From a virus (taxonomy: Duplodnaviria > Heunggongvirae > Uroviricota > Caudoviricetes): a DNA stretch of 64,000 bases. The stretch is taken from the IMG/VR virus record IMGVR_UViG_3300025896_000021; one strand, 5' to 3'. Both the position numbers and the translations under genes were made by a program. Positions within the stretch are counted from its first letter, which is position 1; each line of letters opens with the position of its first letter. Positions 19,583-28,600 of this stretch are shown here, piece by piece. Below the pieces are notes generated by a model. The model saw only the letters and a list, made by a program, of their open reading frames with translations. It was not told the DNA's origin and made no database searches.

Positions 19583-22477
19583 TTAAGCCTGTGCTTCGCC
19601 CCAGCGTAGAAGCGTGGTTGCAATTGCTGTTCCTGAAACAATTCTAACGTTGATAGCTAAAATGTCCGGACCGTTTGGATATGCGCCAACTCCGCCGAAT
19701 GGGCTATTTGTTAATTCTTTTAGTTCTAGTAGGTCAAGTTTACTATCATTATTGGGAGTTGCTGAGAACGCAAATACCTGTTCTCCTGGAATAGCAAAAC
19801 TACCCGATGACCAAGATACGCTTGTAGCAACTTGCGCAAGACTAGGTTGACCACCTTGACTTTCTAAGTTCAATGATGTCCAAGTAGCACTATTGAAGTT
19901 CTTTGGATTTAAAATACCTTCAACAATAACTGATCCGGGACTTGATGCCCCACTATAGGTTTGTATACCCACTGAATTAAGTAACAACTGACTTCTGTTC
20001 AATAAATCTTTTGCTCCTAAATCACCGATCTGTGAGTTGCTAACGCTTGGTGCTAGACGAATCAAGAACATAGTTGTTGCGACTGTAGTAATTGAAACTG
20101 CAGGACGCTGATAGTTAAAGATGTACCCACGATCTTGATCAAACAAACCGTCACATATTAAAGCACTACCCCAGTGAGTTAGTGTTGGGCTACATGTATT
20201 AGATACTAAGATAACACCGGTATTCGCAGTGTGCGCAGCTGCCGCGCCTGCAGCACCTTCTCTGAATGATCCAGATACCCACTGTGTCAATGTAGCAGCA
20301 CGGGTACATCCGGTGAAGGTTGTCGCTGTTTTACCGGTATAGCTAATCATTTCATTATCAATGTATACTGTAGCAGCACTTGGGAAATACGTTGTGTCGT
20401 TGATTGCCAGTGTTGTTGTAGTGTCAGTGACATCCGCGGTTAAGTAGCATAATGCAGGACTTCCGTCATTGTCAATACTATAACGAACTGGCAAGTTACC
20501 TGTACGCATGTGCGCTTCAGTGTTAACGTTGTTATTCTTCATGCGGTGAGCATAGACCCAATTACCATCACTGCCGCGACACATGAAGTCAATAAAGCCT
20601 GCGCCGTACCATGTATATTGCAGTCCCATCATTTGCATTTTACTAGGGTTAATGACGTATCCACTAGGTCCGGTACCATCTAGCTTATCAATATTAAAAT
20701 CACTTTGCTTAACACGAGTTTCTTGAACTACTGAGGCTTTGACACCTGATGCGTTAGATACGCCCCTGTAGTCAGGAGTGACAGTCATTGAAGTGTTACT
20801 TGAAACTTGAGTCACATACTGTGTCATGCCACGAATGACAACTTTATCACCAACCTTGACTTGTTGAGTGAATCTAGTATTATTACCAGTTACAACATTA
20901 GAGTTTGCATTAATTGATAGTGTTCCGGATAGCTGTTGAGTAGCTCTGCGTCTGACAACTGATAGTATTGTACCGGTATAGTCCCAGAACATACCATTTT
21001 GATCGTCAAAGCATCCTGCACGTGCAACTGCACCGTGCCAGTTAGTTACACTGATTGAGGATACTAAATCTAGTACCGGTTCAACTGCACCCAATACGCT
21101 AGTTGATAAAAATGTGAAAGTGTAATCATCTATGATGTTGGATACAATATATGAACCATTGTAGCCGCTTGTTGCTACACCAGTAAGAGTTATCTCTGCA
21201 CCTATTTGTAACCCATGATCCACATCATCAGTTTTGCAAGTGATAATTGAACCAATGATAGTCCCATCTGCTCCTATTGACTGTACATCATAACTAGGTC
21301 TAAATATTGTACCAGTAGACCATAACAAACCCTTACCTGATTGATATCTAAAATATTTTTTACTTACACGTACAGTACTTGCACCAAATGTAGGGGTTTT
21401 ACAACTAATCAGTACGCCACCGTCAAACGGACGATGAACAACTGAGCTATTTGAAAGCGCATAGATAGTAGGAGTACCGGGAGTTACAATGCCGCCGGTT
21501 CTTGCAGTAAACACAATACTAGTTAGTGTGGGGACACTAGAAATAACAAACTGACCAGTAGCTAGTAAAGGATTTGTTCCACCTGTCATACTACAGTAGA
21601 TAGGGCAGTTAGGAACTAGACCGTGATTTGAACTAAAATTTACTGTAATCACTGATGGATTAGCTCCGCTACTAGTAGCAGTAGTAGCAGCTAAACTAGC
21701 TCCGGTATATACGTTACCTTTCTTCAGTAACGTAAAATCAGTATACAAACTTTGGCCGGTGACTGTACCGACTACGCCATTAGCAAAATAACGAATTGAT
21801 GTAGTAGTAGGAACATCGTATACGATATAGTTTCCGTCAGCACGACTGAAGCCGGCAATTGCTGAATTCAGTCCGGTAATATTAAGAGCTTGTCCCGCAA
21901 CAAGGCCATGTGCACCTGAAGTAGTAATTCTTATCAAACTATTGCTTGTGCTAGTGGTAGTATAATCAGTCGTGATAGCAGTAGCAGTTAAATCAATGCC
22001 AGGGTATTCATAGATAGAAGGGTAGCCACGCATCAACCCGTAGCCTGCCCACTTAGTAGGTTGCAAGCCATATTCAAAGTCAGCGTCAATCATTGACTGC
22101 GGGGTTGACACACGCATACGCTCAATTGCGTCAGTACCAAAAAACCACGGGCGGACTGTTACGCCATTTTCAATTTCTTCATAAAAAATCTGTAGAGAAT
22201 CAGTACTTAGTTGTCCAACTGTACTAGCACCTAAGGTGATAATAGTATATCCACCTGATCTCTGAAGTAAATTTGGAATTGATTCAGAATTTTCAAGCAC
22301 AACGTCTACTGTTGTGCCTGCATAACTTGCATCTGCAAAGTTATATATGATTGTATTTCTAGTCGTATTGGTAATTACCAATAATTGTTCCAACCGCACA
22401 TTACCTGGAATTTGTATTGTTCCTACATTGCTTGCGCCTGGTGTAAATGTGTACGATGTTGCTAACGTTTTTGCCAT
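19583..22477 (-). CDS. 964-aa virion structural protein
   Basis: AAGGAAG RBS. N-terminal YTFTP...LEQLLVITNTTRNTIIYNFAD domain, RMRVSTPQSMIDADFEYGLQPTKW, three HGLxxG small beta-modules, FRYQSGKG, YTWYGAG, and C-terminal WGEAQA: a pattern seen in large-phage virion proteins. Confidence 0.85.
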   Translation of the reverse strand: MAKTLATSYTFTPGASNVGTIQIPGNVRLEQLLVITNTTRNTIIYNFADASYAGTTVDVVLENSESIPNLLQRSGGYTIITLGASTVGQLSTDSLQIFYEEIENGVTVRPWFFGTDAIERMRVSTPQSMIDADFEYGLQPTKWAGYGLMRGYPSIYEYPGIDLTATAITTDYTTTSTSNSLIRITTSGAHGLVAGQALNITGLNSAIAGFSRADGNYIVYDVPTTTSIRYFANGVVGTVTGQSLYTDFTLLKKGNVYTGASLAATTATSSGANPSVITVNFSSNHGLVPNCPIYCSMTGGTNPLLATGQFVISSVPTLTSIVFTARTGGIVTPGTPTIYALSNSSVVHRPFDGGVLISCKTPTFGASTVRVSKKYFRYQSGKGLLWSTGTIFRPSYDVQSIGADGTIIGSIITCKTDDVDHGLQIGAEITLTGVATSGYNGSYIVSNIIDDYTFTFLSTSVLGAVEPVLDLVSSISVTNWHGAVARAGCFDDQNGMFWDYTGTILSVVRRRATQQLSGTLSINANSNVVTGNNTRFTQQVKVGDKVVIRGMTQYVTQVSSNTSMTVTPDYRGVSNASGVKASVVQETRVKQSDFNIDKLDGTGPSGYVINPSKMQMMGLQYTWYGAGFIDFMCRGSDGNWVYAHRMKNNNVNTEAHMRTGNLPVRYSIDNDGSPALCYLTADVTDTTTTLAINDTTYFPSAATVYIDNEMISYTGKTATTFTGCTRAATLTQWVSGSFREGAAGAAAAHTANTGVILVSNTCSPTLTHWGSALICDGLFDQDRGYIFNYQRPAVSITTVATTMFLIRLAPSVSNSQIGDLGAKDLLNRSQLLLNSVGIQTYSGASSPGSVIVEGILNPKNFNSATWTSLNLESQGGQPSLAQVATSVSWSSGSFAIPGEQVFAFSATPNNDSKLDLLELKELTNSPFGGVGAYPNGPDILAINVRIVSGTAIATTLLRWGEAQA

Positions 22478-22494
22478 AATTCTTCCTTATCAGA

Positions 22495-22502
22495 TATTTA
22501 TC
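22495..22502 (-). promoter_or_regulatory. Putative T4-late-like promoter GATAAATA
   Basis: Intergenic, upstream of the RBS of the 964-aa gene. Confidence 0.65.
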
Positions 22503-22508
22503 TACGTG

Positions 22509-25500
22509 TTACATACCCATTGCAATACTCATTGCGATTGCAAAAGATTGAATAGAGTTGATATTAATTGCTGGACTAACCATACTAGAAATAATTCTAA
22601 CGATGTCACCTACATTTCTAGCGTCAACTAATACAACAGTAGCACCGTTTGAAGCAGCATAGTCATTGTTGTTCATTTGAATACCGTTAACGAATACTAA
22701 CACAGACCCAACATTATACCCGCCTAGAACAGTGAATGTTGTCTGGTCTTCAGTAGCTACAAATTCTTGTATAGCACCTGTTGCGCCTCCGCCCCCGCCT
22801 GATTGACCTACCCAAGATAGATTTCCGGAACCGTTAGTGGATAACACGTATCCAGACGAGCCACCGGGAATAGTTAAGTTACTTAATGAACCTAAGTCAT
22901 TACGACTTCCGGTTAGTGATAAATTTCCTGCTACGTTGGCGGGACCAGTGATGTTTGCGTATCCTGTAACGTTCACCCCAGTTGATGAAACAACAAATAT
23001 GTTTGCATTTCCATTCACTGAGGTAGTTACATTGCCACCACTAAGGTCTATACTTACATTACTAGTACCATTGAGTATATTAGAGCCGCCACCGCCAGTG
23101 CCTGCTGCTGAAGTAGCCCAGTATACCGTGTTGTTACCATATGTTGTTAGAACTTGTCCGTTCGCTCCGCCAGCGATATGTAAATTGCTAGCTGCACCTA
23201 ATGTTACATTACTTGTGTTGGCTAAATTAACAACACCGTTACTTGTTATCCCAGTTAATGTGCCTACTGAGGTGATGTTTGGTTGAGCATTTGTCGTTAC
23301 GACTCCGGCAACTGCTGCGTTGAGATTTGCTACTTGAGTTGTACTCAATACTAATAACGGGGCAGTACCTGAGGCTAATGTTGAGATTAGTTGCCCGGTT
23401 GCGCTGACATTACTACCACTAACATTGCTAGTTGCAGTAACATGTCCTGCAACGTTTGCGCCAGTGCCAGTGACTACTATTATATTAGCGTTACCGTTAA
23501 CTGAGGTACTTATGTTACCATTTGTAGTAACTATCAAGTTACTCGTGCCACTTGACATGAGAGCAATACCAGTTAATGCTGCACCATTACCAATGAAGAA
23601 CGGGGCAGTCACGTTACCTGTTATGTTTGCATAACCTGCAATATTTGCACCAGTCTTAGTAACAATCATCACATTAGCAGTACCATTAACTGATGTAATT
23701 ACACTGCCACCTGCTGTTGGTATAGCTACATTACTATTACCATTCACAGTAGTACTTGCTGCATCCACACCTGTTAAGAATGCACCATTACCAACAAAAT
23801 AGTTAGCAGTTACATTACCTACAACGGTTACTGCCGAACCAGTAACTGTCATTACATTGGCATTGCCTGCGCTAGATACAGTGACATTGCCGTTTAAGAA
23901 AGCCCTTACGTTAGCAGTACCGTTACTTATAGCAGCACCAGTTGTGCCGCCACCGGGTGCTGCCCAACTTAGTGTACCTGAGCCATCTGTTTGTAGTACG
24001 TAACCGGTTGTGCCGCCTGCAATGTGCAGATTGCCAGCGTCACCGAGTGTAACATTACTAGTATTAGCAAAATTAACAACGCCGTTACTTGTCAAACCAG
24101 TTAATGTACCGTGACTAGTGATATTTGGTTGTGCTGCCGTTATAACTGTGCCGGCAGTAGCTGCATTCAAGTTAGCTACTTGAGTAGTTGAAGTTACTGC
24201 TAGTGGCGCTGTGCCGGTTACAACTGTTGAAACATACTGCCCGCTTATGTTTGCATTGCCCGCAACAATGATACTTGTTCCAGACACTGTTACTACGTTG
24301 GCATTGCCTGAAACGCCCATAGTAATATTGCCGTTAACGGCATCAACACTTACGTTACTAGAACCATTTGATACAGTTGCAGTGGTGATCTGTAGTCCAG
24401 TTAAATAATAACCATTGCCCTTAACGTATGATGCATTTACGTTACCTGCTACGTTTGCATAACCAGCAACATTAATCCCGATTCCAGTGATAGTTATCAC
24501 ATCGGCATTGCCAGTGACACCTATTGTAACATTACCATTCAATGATGGAATATTTATGTTACTCGTACCGTTTGAAATATTAGCCGGGTTAGTAGCAACA
24601 CCTGTCAATAGTGAACCATTACCGATGAAGTAAGAAGCAGATACGTTACCCGTTACGTTTGCATAACCTGAAATGTTTGCGCCAGTTTTAGCGACAATCA
24701 GTACGTTAGCAGTACCGTTAACTGATGTAATTACATTTCCTCCGCTAATAGCAATGCTTACATTACTATTGCCATTAGACATGTTGCTAGGTGTTACATC
24801 AACACCAGTTAAGAATGCACCATTACCAATGAAGTACGGAGCAGATACGTTACCCGTTACGTTTGCATAACCTTTGATGTTTGCACCAGTGCTAGTGAAT
24901 ACTGCTGTGTTAGCAGTACCGGCTACCGTTAGTGAAATATTACTGTTAGGTGAAATTGTAATTGAACTATTACCCACCGCTAACGCATTAGCAGTATTAG
25001 CAGTTCCTGCATCAATATTTGTTAAGTAGTATCCATTACCTTTAATATAGTTTGCGCCTAAATCAATATTGCCTTTAACAGACATTCCATTACTCGCTAC
25101 TACTACTACATTAGCAACGCCACCGATACTAATATTAAAATTACCGTTTACTGCAGGGGCACTGACGTTACTAGTACCATTACTTATATACGATGCTGCA
25201 TATCCTAATTGTGTGGCCCAGCTTAGATTCCCCGAACCATCAGTAGTCAAGTAATAACCACTAGTGCCACCTGATATATGTAAATTACCGACTGCACCTA
25301 GGGAGACGTTGCTTGTATTCGCTAGATCCACTACCCCATTACTAGTTAATCCAGTTAATGTACCTACCGAAGTGATGTTTGGCTGTGCAGAAAATGCTAC
25401 AGTACCAGTATAGTTAGCGTAATTTGAACTAGATGAAGTAAGCCCAGTCAACAAACTACCGTTGCCGATGAAGAAATTAGCGGTAACTGCATTGCCTAAG

Positions 25501-25583
25501 TTAGCGTTTGTTGCAGTAACGTTGGCAAAGGCATAACTACCAGTAGTGTCTATGTTGAACGGTTGTAACTTTGTAAGTGCCAT
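22509..25583 (-). CDS. 1024-aa fibre shaft protein
   Basis: MALTKLQP N-terminus; QPNITS, ISNGTSNV and YVLxTDGSGNLSW repeats; C-terminal EFVATEDQTTF...VFVNGI domain; terminal FAIAMSIAMGM. Confidence 0.88.
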   Translation of the reverse strand: MALTKLQPFNIDTTGSYAFANVTATNANLGNAVTANFFIGNGSLLTGLTSSSSNYANYTGTVAFSAQPNITSVGTLTGLTSNGVVDLANTSNVSLGAVGNLHISGGTSGYYLTTDGSGNLSWATQLGYAASYISNGTSNVSAPAVNGNFNISIGGVANVVVVASNGMSVKGNIDLGANYIKGNGYYLTNIDAGTANTANALAVGNSSITISPNSNISLTVAGTANTAVFTSTGANIKGYANVTGNVSAPYFIGNGAFLTGVDVTPSNMSNGNSNVSIAISGGNVITSVNGTANVLIVAKTGANISGYANVTGNVSASYFIGNGSLLTGVATNPANISNGTSNINIPSLNGNVTIGVTGNADVITITGIGINVAGYANVAGNVNASYVKGNGYYLTGLQITTATVSNGSSNVSVDAVNGNITMGVSGNANVVTVSGTSIIVAGNANISGQYVSTVVTGTAPLAVTSTTQVANLNAATAGTVITAAQPNITSHGTLTGLTSNGVVNFANTSNVTLGDAGNLHIAGGTTGYVLQTDGSGTLSWAAPGGGTTGAAISNGTANVRAFLNGNVTVSSAGNANVMTVTGSAVTVVGNVTANYFVGNGAFLTGVDAASTTVNGNSNVAIPTAGGSVITSVNGTANVMIVTKTGANIAGYANITGNVTAPFFIGNGAALTGIALMSSGTSNLIVTTNGNISTSVNGNANIIVVTGTGANVAGHVTATSNVSGSNVSATGQLISTLASGTAPLLVLSTTQVANLNAAVAGVVTTNAQPNITSVGTLTGITSNGVVNLANTSNVTLGAASNLHIAGGANGQVLTTYGNNTVYWATSAAGTGGGGSNILNGTSNVSIDLSGGNVTTSVNGNANIFVVSSTGVNVTGYANITGPANVAGNLSLTGSRNDLGSLSNLTIPGGSSGYVLSTNGSGNLSWVGQSGGGGGATGAIQEFVATEDQTTFTVLGGYNVGSVLVFVNGIQMNNNDYAASNGATVVLVDARNVGDIVRIISSMVSPAININSIQSFAIAMSIAMGM

Positions 25584-25600
25584 GTATTGATTCTCTTGTA

Positions 25601-25608
25601 TATTTATG
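25601..25608 (-). promoter_or_regulatory. Putative T4-late-like promoter CATAAATA
   Basis: Intergenic, upstream of the 1024-aa gene. Confidence 0.62.
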
Positions 25609-25614
25609 CTATGG

Positions 25615-28600
25615 TTATCGTGTCACAGACGCCGATGTTGGTGGAGTAAAGGTAGCTGTATAACGTGCAACACCTTGTGTAATTCTTAAATCATCTATAT
25701 AACCGTTAAACATGCATTGAGCTAAATTGCCAGTTCTAGTACCAATAGACCAGGTACTTGTGTTATTTCCCATGGCAGAGGCCATAGCAACAGTCCATTG
25801 TTGTACCCCGTTAACAAAATATTTTAGTGTACCTGAGCTTTTAACCAATGCAACATGACTCCAGGTCCCGGTAGCCGGGTTGGTTCCGCCGTTAATATAT
25901 GCACCAGGTGATGTATAATAATATACCATATTCTGCCCAGACGGATGAGCTATATATATTGAAAATTCACCTGCCGCTGCGCCGTCTCCGGAGCCGCATG
26001 CTAGAAGAACGGGGTATGTGTAGGACCCTGTACCAACCGCTACTGGATATATCCACATTTCAATAGTGAAATCACCTGTACCAAATTGCAATTGCGTACT
26101 GGTAAGGACTGATAAGTAATCCCCAGTACCATCAAAATACATACTACCAGTACCGTACTTTTTAACCGCAGTGGATATTTTAGCATCTCCTATTGTTGAC
26201 AGATTATTTTTACCTGATGCATCAGTGATAGCTGCACTTGTTGAATTTACTAAAAGTACAGTTGACGTAGTTCTTGGTACCAGTGCTGTTGGAACGTAGA
26301 AATTACCAGTGTATTTTACGACACCCTTAGTTATTACTACATTACTAATATATCCATTAAAGTATGATACGTTTGATAATCTACCTATTGTTACCGCAGC
26401 AGCATCACCCATAGTAACTGAACTTGTTTGTGTTGTACTTTCCTGTACACCATTTAAGAACAATTTCCAACTACCGGCAGACCCAGATAAAGCCACGTGA
26501 TACCAAGTATAAGGAACTAGTGTAGTAGTTCCCGTAATCAACGTAGTATCGCCAGTTAGGGCCACTCGCATAAGACTACTATATACTCTAATACTCCAGC
26601 CAGCACTACCACTTGCATACTGTGATATTATTGTTTGATCTGTACTTATAGCAGTATTAACGTAAAACCAAGCTTCGGCAGTCATTGCAGAAACTGTAGA
26701 TCCTGTTCCAAATGCAAGACTCGTATTTACAGGAGCAGTCAGATAGTCAGTGCTACCGTTGAAATAAGTACTACCACCGTTTAGTACAGGATCATATGAT
26801 GCAGTTGGGCTAAACGGACTGAATGCTTGTATCTTTGGGGTGCCACTAGCCGTTAATCTATTAGTATAAACTGAGTTATCAATAAACCTATTATCTTGAC
26901 AGGTTAGTAACACTGTATTTGTTATTGCTGTTAAAGGAGTTGTAGCAGGCGTAAAGTTTGCAGTATACACTGCTGTTCCTTTTACTACACGAACATTAGA
27001 AATATAACCATTCATTTGTCTATATGGATTAGAAACTATCGCAGAATAATTTAATGCTCCTATATAATTTAATGTTCCTGCATACAATGTGCCGGCTTGT
27101 GTATAAGTTGTACCAACTTGTGTTCCATTTAAAAATACCCTGAAACTATTACCCGATCTTGTTACCGCTGCATGATACCAAGTATTTGATGCAACAGTAC
27201 CGATAGCTCCGGTATTGACTGTCCAGGTTGACCCATCTACTGATATGTAAAAACTAAGACCACTAGTATCAAGCCCCAATCTAATTCCAGCATACGCACT
27301 GGTGTTGCCATTCAGCCATATTAGTGTCTGGGCAGATGCTTGTGCAATATTACTAGTAAAAAACCAACACTCAGCGGTAAAGTCTCCGGTGCTAACATTA
27401 ATATTAGCAGTTGAGGGCATAGACAAATAATCCGTACTACCATTAAAATACGTACTCCATCCAGTTTGACTGAATGGTGAGAATGTACCTTGACTAGGTG
27501 TACCTGATGGAGTTAGTAAATTATTGTAGCCACTTGCATCTTGATATGTATTGTTGTTATGAGACTGTTTAGTTTGTAATGTTAATAAGGCTGTATTTGT
27601 TACTGCTGTTAACGGAGAGGGCGGTGGCGTGAAGGCTGCAGTGTAAAGTGCGGTGCCTTTTACTACACGAACATTAGAGATATATCCTAAGGTGTATCCT
27701 CCGCGCGGGCTCGGCTGACATCCTATAACAAAAGGATCGTTGATGCCAAATTTTCCAGTATAGGTAATTGACCCAGATGCTACACCGTTTACATAAAATG
27801 TCAGTGCGGTGTTGCTTCGTGCAATAGCTAAATGATACCATTGGCCTGCTTTAAATGCTGCATTAGTACCATCAAATTTAGTAGACCCATTATAATATAT
27901 TGCTGTTGTATTAGTCGATGCCCCAAAATCAATCTCCAATGACCAATATCCTGCTCCCGCGGTAGCACCACTGTATTGACTCAATGGAGAATAATATCCT
28001 GAGGTTGGTATTGTTGGAAGTTGAATCCAGCATTCAATAGTGAAGTCACCTGTTCCAAAGTCAAAATTAGTTGATAGCGGAGTAGTAATATAATCAGTTG
28101 TACCGTTGAAGTATCCGCTACCATAAGTATTAATAGGCAAAGTATAAGGAATAACTTGAGCAATCTTAGGAGTACCAGTAACTGTAATAGCTGATGCAGT
28201 AGTGCTGGTATCAATGAATCTATTACTTTGACAAGTTAATAAAACTGTTTGATTAGAAAGAACTGACGGAGTTGTAGCAGTACTAAACTTGATGGTTCCT
28301 GATGTAGTGAATACATATATTCTGTAGCCACCGGTAACAATGACAGTTGGTTTACCTGTCGTGATAGCGGGGGAATAACTATCGGGATAACGGATAGCTA
28401 CTATACCGCTACCACCATTAGCACCTAGGTAACTAATACCACCGGCATTATTGGCGCCGCCCCCGCCACCTCCACCTGAATTAGACATACCGGCGGTATT
28501 CTGTATAGCCAAGCCGCCGCCTTTGCCGCCACCACCTATACCTCCTCTACCGGGGAGGGTACTTGTATTGCCGGGGTCAGTGCCACCACCACCACCACCA